Positions 35,406 through 52,449 of a stretch of DNA of 64,000 bases are shown here, piece by piece. The notes beneath the pieces are model-generated. The model had not been told where the DNA came from. It ran no database searches and saw only the letters and a program-made list of their open reading frames with translations. The position numbers and the translations under genes were made by a program. How positions within the stretch are numbered: position 1 is the stretch's first letter; each line of letters begins with the position of its first letter. Origin of the DNA: Takakia lepidozioides (Eukaryota > Plantae > Bryophyta); the NCBI GenBank assembly GCA_030704615.1, contig CM060732.1:66340001-66404000 (forward strand), read 5' to 3'.

Positions 35406-38400
35406 TTAGGTTCTAATGCCATAGTCTACTGCTCTGTGTAACACATGCTCCGGTATCCATTTACCAGTGATCCATTGTGCTCCCTGCTCATTCAAGCGAG
35501 CTAGCCCTTCTCTCACCCAAGGAGGGTTCATTGCACTCTCAATCCAAAGACCCTCCTTTGTGCGTTTGTGTCGGAAGTCTGGTGCATTTGGACCTCTCTG
35601 TAAGACCACAAGTGGGTTGCTGAGCGGCCATATCTTTTTCTACAGCCTGGACAACACTTCAACCACCAGATCTTTCATATACCACGGAGCAACCTACTTT
35701 CATGGAAGAACAACCTACTGACAGTTTGAAACCGGAGTACATAAAACCTCATCCTGCCAGCTTCAGTCACACTTGACACTCATTCACATCCAAGATGGTG
35801 CTAGCCTCACCTTGTCAAATCTGTTGTCCCACCACTGTCCAGGATCTGTGAAGAACCCCTTCCAGAGTGCTGCTCTGATTGTTGCAAGACCTGTGTCCAA
35901 CAAATGCCAGAAAATGAGAAGTTTGGCAGCTTACAGTGGCATAGTCCCTATCAAGGAGTTCTACTGTAGCTTTGGATAGCGTTTCTTTCAACTTACTCTG
36001 GGCCCATCCTGACTCTCTTGCACAAAATAAACACAAACATGCACAAAACTACTGATGTTGCAAAAGACACTGAAAGAGAGTATGGAGGTCAAGAACACCC
36101 TTCAAGCCATACTCACGTGGGTCAAACTCTTGTTCGTTCTCAGACCGAGCTTGACCAGACTCTATCCTTTTACCATCATCTGGCATCCCACCAGAATCTT
36201 GCTGTAGTTCACCATGTAGAACTGACTCTAGCTTTGCTTTCACCCACGGAGGATTGGAGGACCTCTCAATCCAAAGGCCCTCCTTAGTGTGCTTATGTCT
36301 GAAGTCTGGTGATCTTGGGTCTTTCTGCATAAAAACCGCGAGTGGGGCAGCTGAGCAGCCATAGATTCAACCACACCCTCCCTAGACTAGTCCACTACCA
36401 CCAAAGCTCCAAGAATTTGCAGATAATAATGGCAGCATAGTCTTCTGCCCTGCTAACAAGAAACCACAACCTCCTGCAACAAAATGGGAAGATCCACTTC
36501 TCATGTTCTTTAGCACCAGATAGCTTTGAATAGTCTCAGCAATAGGAGACAGATTTCACTCCAGAAAACCTAAATATCCCATTCTTGCACGTGCTATATG
36601 AGGATAGCCTCACCTTATCAAATCTGTTGTCCCACCACTGTGTAGGATCTGAGAAGAACATCTGCCAGAGACGTTCTATGCTCATTGCTTGACCTGTTTA
36701 CATGAGCACGAGAATATGAGGACTTTAAGTGAGGATTGGTACTGTAGCTTTAGGTCATCTCCTCTCCCACGGGAGAAACACAAAACAACACAAAAAAAAT
36801 ATCACAAATTACAGATTTTGCATAAGAGACTTGCGATGGCCATGGTCACACTTAGAACCATCCTGCTTAGGATTCATACTCACGTTCCTCCAAAGCCCGT
36901 GGTTGTCCAGAGTATGTCCTTCCACCATCATGAGCCATCTTGCCAGACTCTGGACGTGCTTGACCTTGAATAATAGCACTTAGCCTTGCTTTCACCCAAG
37001 CAGGATTTGAAGAACTTTCAATCCAAAGACCCTCATATGTGCGCTTATGAATGAAGTCCGGTGCTATTGGATTTTTCTGTGAGAACCATCAGAAGGGCAG
37101 CTGAGCGGCCATCGCTTTTGTAGCCCAGGGTGAAACTAACAAGCTCCAAGTGTTTTTCAAATAACAGTGAGCAAGCTACTCTTCTCCCTTCTACCAAGTA
37201 GAACAACCTATTGACAGCAGCCGCAAGACACGATTGACCTTTCTTTCACTTCAAAGAGAAAATTTGTCATTAACCTAGGAAACTGAAGCCTCAAGTCAGT
37301 CCACAAAACATGATAATGCCAGTTGCAGTCAAAAGCCCAATCATAAACTCTTTCGCATCCTAATGCAGATAGCCCCACCCTCTGAGGCCTGTTGTCAAAC
37401 CAATGTGAAGGATTTGAGAAGAAATCCTGCCACAGCCGATCTATGCTCATGGCTTGACCTGCATGCAAAAACTGCTTTAACATGAGAATTTGCCAGCTTC
37501 CACTTGCCAGCATCTCTATTGAGAAGTGACCCTATTAGAAACTGACAATATCTCTCCAAACTACTCTCGCCTCTTTCTTCGCCTCAGGGACACACAAGAA
37601 GCATACACATACCAACAATTTCAGGTGGTGCAGAAGGTACTGAAGGAGATTGTGGTGGCCAAGGCCACCCTTCAGGCGAGTCGGACAGTGGGTCATACTT
37701 GAAAACAGGCACAACCTGTATTTGACCAGATTTTGTACTTTGACCATAATTTGCCATCGCACCAGGCTTTGGACGTGCTGGACCTTGATTCATGGCACTT
37801 GATTCTGCTTTCACCCAAGGAGGGCTCGACCAACTCTCAACCCAAAGGACCTCCTCTGTGCAATTATGTCTGAACTCTGGTGATCTTGGACATTTCTGTG
37901 AAATTGAAGGGAATGCGGCTGAGCAGCTTTAACCAGAGCCCTGCATACATTAGAGCAACTATGCAGCGCACCAAGGGTCCACAAGCATTGCTACAAACAA
38001 CAGACCACAAACAAAGGTGACAGACAAAGATCTTACATGCCAATACACCTGAAACATCCAGTCTCCAAAACAGATCACCAGACAAACTTAATTTAAATAA
38101 GGAGCATGTCCTTTAAATTTAGGAACTAACAATCAGTGGAATGCCAGAGAAAGCCTCACCTTTTGAGACCTGTTGTCCCACTGGTGCGAAGAATCTGAAA
38201 TGAACTCCTGCCCGAGACGCTCTGTCCTCAATACTCGGGCTGCAGGAATACCACTAAAACATATCGCTTTAGCAGCTCCTAATTGCCAAAGTCTACATGA
38301 GGCATCCTAGAATAGGAATCTCTCTCTCACACACACACCCACACTAAGCCGACTCCTCCCATATGCGTACTCGTCCCATCTGTCTCTGGCTAGAAAGATA

Positions 38401-39360
38401 TAGCAGCAGTCTGCAAGCAACCTCATATTCTGGTAAGCGTACTTTAAAACAGACTCAATTCCCTACTACAGGATGTCGTTAGCTGTGCGCAGGGCTATGG
38501 CAAGTTGGAGTAGAGTCACATATACACAGGTGGGTTGAAACCGGTAACCACCTTCGGTGTAGTTGGTATCCCACGGTGACTGTGCCCTCAAAGGTGCGCC
38601 ATAGCCAACATTCACAAGAAACGGCCAAAATCCCAGTTCACTCACTCCCTCAGAAATGCTGGATCTGACATTCTGGTTTCTATCCTGATGTCTATACCAG
38701 CCCTAACATCCAAACCAGTTCCAACTGACCCACTTGTCACTCGCGTAGCACAGGCGCGTTTTCGGGCTGGGTGTCCAAAACCCCAACATGCATCAGGCAG
38801 GTTTAATCTTCCGACGGCACTCTGCCAAAGAGCAGGGTATCACAGAAGCTATGGCTGTAAGAAAGCTAGGCACATGGGCAGCTCTACCTCTCTCTCGAAG
38901 TGAGCAAAGAATCATTTATATATGCAAGATTTCAGATATTCCAGGAGATACTGAAGGAGCTTATCGAAAGAGGACCATGGAACGGATTGCACTCACGTTC
39001 CTCTACAGCCCTTGTATCACCATATAGTGGAGTTCTTCGAGCACAATGCATGTAGCTTCTGCTTGGATGGGTCAAGGACAGTGTGGAGCCGGGATGACGC
39101 ACGCAGCTAAAAGACCCAAAACAACACGCCAAGAGTTGCATGTCTGTACCGTGCTTCGGCTTCCTCGGAAGTTGGGGACGCGTCACGGCCACCAATTCCA
39201 TGCCTCTCGGGCCCCGCATTGCCCATGTCCGCTTCACAGCTTGCCCACATAATCTACTGCACGATGTCATTCCTCCCGCCCTCTCAGCACAAAGAGAAGA
39301 CAGGGCTTTGGGTATGGCCTCTCCCTGCGCCCGCATGAACGCTCCCGAGCACGCTGCCAT
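35406..39360 (-). CDS. OSB-like organellar ssDNA-binding protein with four PDF motifs and no recognisable OB/SSB domain
   Basis: Four exon pairs LW..FF.DP..WWDNR..K | xNP..PDF.HK.T.EGLW.E....P.WV at about 38240-37613, 37459-36884, 36693-36117 and 35890-35406. The first exon 39360-39150 looks like a transit peptide; linker exons at 38.3-38.8 kb are uncertain. Confidence 0.8.
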
Positions 39361-40051
39361 CGCAGCGTCGAGAGAGACCATCGCAGCATCGCAAAAGCCC
39401 TGCAGCTATCTCAAAACCACTGTAGCGCATGATGGCGTGCGGATGAACACACTTTCCCGTCAATTCCTCCACAAGCCACATGGATGAGCATCATGGTTAT
39501 TCGTTCGCTCACGGCTGTATTCATCTGCTCTGCTGATCAGATATGTGTTTCTTGGTGTTGGCGGTGCAACTGGCGAGTACCTGTGGATTTGTAACTCACA
39601 AACAGACCAGGACCCCACAGACCATCCGCAGACCTAATTATGGGAGAGAGAGGGATTGAGTGAACCGTGATTACGGATAGAGGGACTTTTTGCTGGCCCG
39701 AGGACCTACTAGATTTGTAGATCATAAGCACAGGACCCCAAGGAATTATCAGACCTAAGTACGAGAGAGAGAGAGAGAGAGAGAGTGTGTGTGTGTGTTG
39801 TGTGTGATGAACCCATCGGAGCATGATTGCGGTAGCCCTGTAAAGGGTGGAGGGAATACAGTCGCAAACTGGTGCAGAATCTCGGAAATTCATAGCCTTG
39901 GGATTTCAGGAAGTGCAAGGGGGCGGGAGTGAGTGAGAGAGAGAGAGAGTTGTGGGGAAGGCTGTGAGGGAGAGCAATGGGTGTTCCAGAGGAAATGGAC
40001 TTGACCAATGCAGCTTTGGCCAAGGGCTTGCCGGAGGTGCATTTCTTTGCT

Positions 40052-43394
<3,343 letters not shown>

Positions 43395-45304
43395 GTAGCT
43401 AAGGATCAATGACTCGGTGGAGACCTCAGTTGGTTGTGACTGTGAAGTGACAGTCAAGTTTGAACTGGTTACCCTGTCACCATTTGTTCTGTAAAGACAA
43501 AGCAAGCTTTGGGCTAGAGCATGACGAGAAAGATTTGTAAATTGTCAGGCAGTATCATTATTGCTCTTCAGAGCTTTCATGTTCTCTGGCTTGTCAAATA
43601 TGATCACTAGTTGCAGGACGTCCATGACCGTCATTGCAAGAATTTGATGTCCACAAAACACTGTACCACCAATAAGACCTCATGGACTTCATAAATCTGA
43701 CTCTCATGATCTGCATACTCGCAAACTCAAGTCCTCCGAGATGATGTAACTCATGTGAGAGAGAGAGAGAGAGAGAGAGCGAGATGGAGATCCCATAGAT
43801 GAATGCCTTCTGTCCTTCAGTTGGATGTCAAATGCGCCATCCAAAATTGTTGGCGTCCGACGAAATAAATTCGTATAGCAGAAACTGTTCATCCAATTTT
43901 GTTTGACCGTAACCTCAGCTTAACTGCGGTGATCGTAGTGCCAACATAGTGACGAATTATCTTAAGTAAAATTAAAAATCTACAAATTGTAGTTCTGTAG
44001 TGTTACCACAACCATAATTTTTAACTTCTACCGCAGGGTGGGTGCGTGAAAGGCATGCGCGGGAGATGATTGGGACATGCCCAGAATGGTGGTATGTTTT
44101 TTAACTCGATATTTATGAGCTACGTAGCTAAATATGTAATAATAAATCCAATATTAATTGATTATAAATGTTACTGATTTGTCGTAGATGGATGGAAATC
44201 CGCGCCCCCGACTAAGTTATGTCATCCATCGTTCCTGAGGGAGTGCGGGTAAGCGAATGGGTGAGAGCCAGGCGACGGATGTACGTTGTTCCCCGAAGGG
44301 GTTCAGCTGGTGACAGAGCGCCACGTCAGTTGGAAAGCCAGCAGCGCCCCGTCTCTCTGTGCCGTCTCTTGTCGTTACTGACCGTCTTCCCCAGAGCGCG
44401 TGCCGTGTCTGTTTGTCGCTCAAGTTAGAAAGGCAAAGGAGGAGGATCGGGGAATCACGCTGCACGGTTACCAGGCTTTTGTGTCTCACTAATATCTGTG
44501 ATTGACAATGGTTTTCGTTTTTGGATGTTTCATTCTGCCAGTTGCAAGTTGAGCAGTCCGATTTCCCCGCCTTTCCCTGTCAGGCTTTGTCTCTCCCAAA
44601 GTAGGAATTCAATCGGGGAGGATTTGGTGCAATCTGGAACTTGCTTAACCTCAGACCTGGATTTTTCGGAAACGGAAATAAAGCCTTTTTGCTCTGCTAG
44701 CTTCTGTTTCTCGTGCAAGTTGCTTGTGGCAGGTGCTGCATTGCACCGACTGAAGTCCTTTGCCCCCTTGCTCTGCGCCCGCTCTGTGTCTCTAGTCTCG
44801 GTTAGCAATTGAGTACACAAGATCTGGAAGGTTGTCGTGTTCCACAATCGTCTGGTATTACTTTCTCTTTCCTGGAGGTTGTTCCTTCTGGTGATTGCTT
44901 CATCACATTGTCTCTAACAGCCACTACATTTCCACGTTAGAAACCTTCTCTGTTTTCAATCAAACCCTTGACTTTATCTCCATTCCTTTGGTGTCTGTCA
45001 CATCCTCTAGCCGTGAGCGCCTCTGGCTTTTCTTGCTCCTTTAGCCCGTTGGACTTGCAGATCTTACCCAAAGTTCCCTCTCCTATCTCTGCAAGTTTTC
45101 TTTGTGCAAGCAGCCTGTGCTAGGAATGGAAGCGGGCCTTCCCCTCGGAAACATGAGACTACTTGGGGGAGAATAAGTCTTCGGGTCGTATCACCATTCT
45201 CATATAGGTCAGGAGAAGCACCGAGTTGGTATCGAGAAGAAAAACAGGAAGAATCATTTCGGGGGGGATCTAAGAAACAAGGTTGTTTGCATGAGAGGCA
45301 GAAA

Positions 45305-48300
45305 ATGACGAAGGGGAAGGGTCAGCCGCAGGCTTATGGAGATGAAGGGTACTGGGACAATCGGTACAGCCAAGATGCAGGCTCGTTTGACTGGTACCAA
45401 AGGTATTCGGGATTGGCACCTCTTATCTCTATGTACATTCCCAAGACACATAAGGTCCTGATGGTCGGCTGCGGCAATGCAGGTGTGTTCTTGGTCTGAA
45501 TCCTGAACCCCTCTTCATTTCATAGGAATATTTGGACAATCATCTATGTGGCTAGTCATGATCATCGACTCAAGTTATCGCCTGTGACAATGCAGGTGTG
45601 TTTTTGGCCTACGACATATCTCATTTAATACATTGGTAATGTCTTCATTTCATTAGGACAATTTTCAGCTCTAAATGACCTGCATCGCTCAGAGCAGTGG
45701 AATTCCTTCTACTTTCCAGTCAATTCCTGTTTCATAACGAGATGAATGTTGGATTCCACGATTCTGAGAGCGGGTCCAGAAAGGACGCATCATGTCCTTT
45801 GGGCACAGGCCCTAACGCTTTGATCTATTCCTATTTGGTGGCCATTTGAACTGTGAGGCAAATGTATCCTAGCTCGAGAATCGTCCTCTCATTCATCTCT
45901 GACATGACCCTCTTTTCTTATCGAGCAGACCTATGTTGTCATGAACCAATCCATGTCACTCTCCACCCTGCAGTTTTGGCTATCGATATACATCAAAGGA
46001 GAGGGAAGTATGCATGAAGTTGAATAGTTTGTGCACTGCGGACTTGCTGAACTTAGACCAGTCAATTGTCTGGTCTTCCCTCCACTTTGAACTTTTTCCG
46101 GTTTGTCCCAGAGAACTCCAGTGACCATTGTTTTGGTCGCACTCTGTCTGTAGGGTGGGATGAGGAACTACTCAATTCTCTTGATGGTATGGGCCATTAG
46201 TCAAAATGTACTTCCTCTAGTTGTAGCTCATGTGGTTGGGGTTTTGGGTGAGTTTCAGAGTTGTTGATATTCTCTGTGGGGATGTGGAGCCAGTCATATC
46301 AGAGGACATGGTGAATGACGGGTATCAAGATATTGTGAATATAGACATCTCAGCTGTTGTCATCGAAGCAATGCAGGCCAAATACAAGGGGATAAACCAA
46401 TTGCAATGTACCATCCACCACCCTTAACTCTGGGTTGAGTGTGGGGCCTGCCTTTCCTCATGTTGAGATTGTTTGTTCCAGTTGTAAAAGAAGCTGACTT
46501 TAGGTGATCTGGTCTACAAGCTAAATGAAGACGGTATTGTTCGATTGTTCGATTCTTTGGCCTTCAGAGCCCGGATGAATTATTTCAGAGTCTAGAGATA
46601 CATAACATGTCTGAATGGTTTTCTTCAGAGTGTTACAACTGCAAGTGCCACAGAGATTCTTTTGTACTTTAAGCTAAGTGTTCGTTTTGTGAAGAGCGAG
46701 TTAATTTTCAGCTTGATGCATGAAGAAAAATATTCATGCCTTCAAACTCTTGAGCCTCAGTCAAAGCATGTGTGGCTAGACTTTGTTTGTGAACTCCTTA
46801 GTGTGCTGGGCCCCGCAGGAAGCAGGGCTAGTGAAGCAAATGGTGGAGCATGCAGAGATAGAATGTAATAGTGAGAATGACAGCGAGTGCTCAAATACTG
46901 GAAAGATTTGTTCCCTGAAATGAGTTTTCTCAAACTTTTGTTCTGAACAGATATGATCTAATGCCAGTGGGGGTTCTGATGAGGCCTGCAGACGTCAGGA
47001 TGGATGTTCGGGACATGAAGGCATTCAAAGATCAGACATTTGACTCTATAGTTGATAAAGGTATTACCGCATCCTCCCAATACTGTGAAAAAACAGACAT
47101 GCAAAGGCAGAGCCATGGTGGTAATATAGGCCACAAGACATTGTGCATGACTTTTTGAAATGTACAGCTCTGGCACAATACCCGTCCTCAGGGGAACGTT
47201 TCAGACTGTGGCCTGCTAGAACTTTCTGTGGCTGGTACAGAGTTGCCTCACATCTGTTGGGCTACTGGTCAAGTTTGTAGTTTGATTTGTAGAGTGATTT
47301 GTAGAGTAAGTCCTCAGCGCCCTCAGCGGCGTAGTAAAGCACCGATTCTTTTGACTACATCGGACGACATACTCGCACCCACAGAAAAAATGCCAGTATC
47401 AGAATGCTTAACCCTTTCACAATCAACCCCTCCCGTAGGTTAGGATGCCAGGAGGCTCACAGTAGGGGAGGTCCTACTCAAAGCCATGATTAGTTGACAT
47501 CTCATTTGGAATTCTTGGACTGTTCATGTCACTCAAAATTTGGGTGTGGTGTCTGGGTGGCTTTTGCATTTCAGGGATGTTGGACTCATTAATGGTAAGC
47601 ATCTTGCCCAGAAAATCTTTTCAGGAGTTCGTATGTCAGGCTGTTTTGGGTTAATGAGATGTTTCCCCTTATGGTGAAAGATGTGGTTGAGTGATCCTTT
47701 CTTTCCCTTCTTTTCCCCCTTGGGTTAGGGGTGTGGGGTTTGCATAGGGCTGAGGGACATTTTATCTTCTTTAAACCAAGCAGTCAGCTCTCTTCCTCAA
47801 TGCTTGTCTCTAGATGTTTAAATAGCTGACTAGCTCTTGTTGATTGCTTTGGGGATGCAGTGTGGAGCTAGTGCACCCTTCAGTGCACAAACAATGCTGC
47901 AGGAGGTCCGCAGGTCCTTGCTTTTTGCACCTATTTCTTGAACTGTGCCTTACTAGACTAATATCTCTTATCGGTGTACTTAGCTGTCTATGTTCCACCC
48001 TCAATTTGAGTTATTGATGTGAGTGTGAAGTTGTCCAGTCAATTTCTCCTTAGACTCAGCCGCAGGTCCTCCGCTGTTGGATGGGGTATAAGGATCTGAC
48101 TGGAAGTGAAGGTCGTGTCCATTGGTCGGGCTGTTCCCCATACCAATCTGCAAATTTAAACTAGTCCATAGCTTCCACACCAAGAAATCACCAGCACATG
48201 CACATCAAATTCTAGAACCTTTGCTACAAATTTGTTGGTGTGAGAAGGGGCCTAAAGTTTACACAGTTGGAGGCACCCACTCATTCTTGATTCCATGTGC

Positions 48301-50365
48301 ACATTAGGAACATTATAATGTGAACTGCCACGCAGCTGGTTGGTCAGAATAGCAAGCTTCCTTTTTTTAACCTGAGGTTGTTGTGCAAGCTTCTAAAGGG
48401 AAGTTTACCTGTGACTTTGGTATGGGCACACCAGGGTCTTGAAACCAGGCGGTGTATACATGCTGGTAGGATTGTTTACCACTCTCCTTTCCGTCTCTTT
48501 GTCTGTGCTTTCTGTTGTTATGGCGGCTATGTTCAAATTTGGCCCAGTTCAAAGTTTCAGTGGTTCTTTCTGATGTAGAGTCTTATTTGAGAGTTCAATC
48601 GTGTGAGTGGAGCATCTATGTAGGTGCGTGGGTCAATGCTCAAAACTTTGTCCTCATTGAGTGCTTTACTAAGCAGGGGTTTGCAATTGTTTGCACGCAG
48701 ATTACATATGGTGATCCCAGAGTGCGCATTCCTCACTTGAAGACTCCAGAGTTCTTGTGGAATACCATTCTCCATGTCATACGTAAGTCTCTCCACACCG
48801 GTGTATTTCAAGATACCAAACGACAATGTGTCTGATGCGAATGTAAGCACAATTCCTGGTTTTAGAAAGGACAAGTTTCTATGCTGTTTTCTATGAGGCT
48901 GAGTGGGTTTTACTCTCAAAGGATCTAAAAAGTAACCTCTCAGAACTTTCCCCTCCTTAAGGTGAGTGGAAACTGGCACATTTTAGCCCCTTCAACTGGG
49001 GACCACCAACTGGTAACACAGCACAAACCAGACCTAAGACTAGGTGTGCCAGGCCTTTGTTCAGGATTTAGGGGTGTGTTCTCTGTGGCTACTGGCCTTC
49101 AATTTGCCAGATGATTTTCACGCCAATGGGCCTTTTCTTTCCCTGAAAACCAGTGAACCAACTAAATGCTCTTACATGGCACTCACCACGAAGCTCACCC
49201 ATAAGTATTCTAGCAATCATCAATGAGCAGCCTCATATAAAAACCATCCTTACACCCAGTGGTTGTTTTTCCACCACTACTACTGCATTTATCCCTCCTA
49301 AACAACTTGGTGAGTGCTATTGTAGCCTGGGGAGGTTTCAGCAATGGCCGTCGTCGCGGGGTTAGACGGAGGTCTGCAGAATCTGATGACTATGGTATGG
49401 AGCATATCACCAATATGCCTTCATCAGTGTTATGGAAACGGAATTATAGATGAAACTTCAAACTTGCACAAATCTCATCACTGACACGGCAAGTACAAGT
49501 GCTGTAAACCAAAGTGACTGACAGGTTTTGGGACATTTTGATGTTGCAAAAAATTGTAAAGATTGGTCATTGTTATACACCTGATGGTTTGGCCTTTCAT
49601 TTGTCCTTTCAATCACCAACTACAATCTATGGGAGGCAGTGCCTGCTGTTATTAAACCAGTGATGGTGGACAAATTGTGGCACCCAGTTCAATTTTTTGG
49701 GTTTGAGGCAGATAGAGGCATAAGTTCTAGTAAGCTTCAACATGAGCTGTGACTTGTGAGAAGGTTTAAGTCCCCAAGTCCTCTTTGATGCAGCCAGACC
49801 TGGTTCAAGGAGAGCTCACGAGAGTACCTCCAGATTGCTTACTGATCCAGTGCTCCTAAATGAGGATATGACGCTTGGTCCGATGTTCAATCTTGAAGAT
49901 CCTGACTTGCATTATGTCTATATCTGTACCAAGGTAAGGCATCAGCCTTTCTTTTGATGGACGATTGCATTTTCATGTGTCTGTAGTGGCTTTGGTTGCA
50001 ATGTAGTTGGAATCACAATCAATCATCTGTGATACACGTTTGGGCCTCTGGACAGTTACACTTTTATTAAGTCTCAAGGATATTTGGCTGCATAGTCTAC
50101 ACAATTTCTTGGTAGTTCTGACTAGTCTGTGATGCATAAATAAGTTTTAGCAGTAAATGGCCTCAGAATTGGCTAGTTATGCATAGACCATAGAAGAACA
50201 TAATACCCAGCGGAGCAATTTGCAATGTTGATAACCAACGTTAATAAAGTGGAGAACAAAATCTATATCACTCACTTGAGTTCGTGATCCATTGGAACAC
50301 AGGAAGCCCCTGTTGCAAAGGAACCTTCAAAAGGAAAGAAGGATGCCAAAGGAAAGAAGAAGTGA
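45305..50365 (+). CDS. SAM-dependent methyltransferase, METTL13 N-terminal / EEF1AKMT4-like, about 9 exons
   Basis: YG...YWDNRY..FDWYQRY, VLMVGCGNA, ISEDMV.DGY..IVNIDIS, MDVRDM..F....FD...DKG.LDSLMCG, RVLKPGG.Y.LITYGDP..R and HYVYICTK. Confidence 0.9.
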
Positions 50366-51619
50366 TTTTTCAGAGTTTATTTCTGTCTCTCATTTGAGAG
50401 GTAATGAAGAGAGCCACAAAATGATTCAGAGGGCCAATCTAAACATAATTGAATCTACTGAATGTAACAGAAATTACAGATAATCATGAGAGGTGTTGGC
50501 CAATCTTGACATACTTCACTGCAATCATTGTTACTTAAGTGGGAAGCAGAATACTGTCCTGTGCTTAGAAACAGACGAAAAAAGGAACAGGGAGGCCTTA
50601 ACTTTGCTTTTACTGACCATGCAGGAATTATACCCCTATTGGCTGAGTGGCAAGTGTGCAATGGACAGCTCTCTCTTGCAGGGGGGGGACTGTCCTTTCT
50701 GACGTCTGATTTCCTTGAAATGTCAATCTTGATGTGGTGTGAATGAGGCATGCTGTGTGGTTCCAGATGAAACTCTTGAAGTTCTGATTGTATTCTGTGG
50801 TAATACTTGCCAGGCAGAGAAGGAACCATAACAGCTTACGGAAGCAAGGGATTCTACATAGACACAGACAAAGGACTCCTTGGATGTGACAATGATTGAT
50901 TAATTGGATACTTCATCCAGCACACGATTCTGGGTGGCTGATTTAGTGATCTTAACTATTGCAAGTCAGGGGTGATAAGATACACCATAGCCTGAGGAAA
51001 TGGTGACTGTTGCTTCTTTGTGGGCTTCTCTGGGCCTGTCGTTGTTGGAGGTCACTGAGAAGTATGAGGGTTAATCTGCTTGGGCTGTCTGTATTTTAAT
51101 CTGTTATGTAGGAGTCTTCTAACTGCGCTTTATGCAATCCCCTGGTGGCTGGGAAATCATATCAGTATCATTAAGGCAATTGTTTGGTTTGGATGAGGGT
51201 GAGGTTTGGACCAGAGCACTTGGCATCTCATGCTCTCTTTGCACCTTCAATTGCTACTTTTCCTCTGCTCATCATGATGTGAGTAGTTTTCAACTGTACA
51301 TGTCATTTGGATCACAATGAAATGAAATGAAGGAGCATGGTTCCCACCTTCCCCCCAGGCGTTGCCGGATCCGAGATTAATGCAGACCAGATCCTGCTGG
51401 AAGAATTAAGTTTTGTCATTTATATTCCCACATTGTATGTGGCATCCCCAACACAGGAACATGATTTCACGCCCCCTTGTCATGAAGCTAATGTATGTCC
51501 CTATAAATTTGCCCTGATAACTATTTTCCCTTGGTCTAAACTGGTAAACGGATTTGTTACACGAGATCACAACACCTTTTCAGAAGTTTCTTCTCTCTCT
51601 CTTGTTCTCTCTTTTGCAC

Positions 51620-52263
51620 AGAACAGATCGATGTTTATGTGAAGGGATTTCTACAGCATAATTGGAAAACTTTGATCAATTGTTTGTTTCAAGATAAGTC
51701 ATACTACTGGAGTCAGCCCCGGACAAAGGTAGTTTCTGTCCCTTTGTGTTCCGCTCAAACTGGGCATGGGGTCAGTGGCCACAAGGCTGTGGCAAACATC
51801 CTCTTATGCGTACGTATCCTCTTTTGCCTAGACTGGAATTTAAACTCAGGGCAGGAAACCTACCTTTGAACAGCAAAGAGACGGATAGAGGAAAGGGGGA
51901 TGGCGAATGCCCATTTTGTGAAGACAATATCCACGTTCTGATTCGTTGTCCTGGGTACTCTCACCAGAGAGACACCCTCTTCAAATCCATCAAGGGAATT
52001 GTATCTGCACCTCTGTTTACCAACTTTGAAAATCTAGAGGCTGAGCCGAAAGCCCAGGCCCTGCTGGGGTCTAGTTATTGGGCAAATCACACACAGCATA
52101 TTGATGTTTGTGTGAAGGGATTTCTCGAGGATATCTGGAAAACTTGGATCAATTCTCTTTCAAGGTAAGTCATACTACGGGCGTCAGCCCCTGACAGAGG
52201 TACTTTTGTCCCTCTGTGTTCTGCTCAAACTGGGGGCAATGGCCACAAGGCTATGGCAAACAA
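51620..52263 (+). mobile_element. Two tandem LINE 3' fragments (ORF2 C-terminal CxxC..H..C plus 3' UTR)
   Basis: FKLRAGNLPL..ECPFCEDNIHVLIRCPGYSHQR..FLEDIWK. The 3' UTR is duplicated at about 51690-51800 and 52160-52263. Confidence 0.7.
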
Positions 52264-52449
52264 TGTCTTACGAGTATATTCTCTCTTTTGCCTCTTTAAG
52301 CTGATTCCAAACCCCCCACAATGCTATTCAACCTGTGTAATGTGTACACTCTACAAAGGCATGCTCTGCTGTGGAAGAAGCATATCGTGATATCCTTTCA
52401 CCAGATAATTGGGCTTTGTTTTCTACATTGCCTGTCGCAGACTAAGAAT

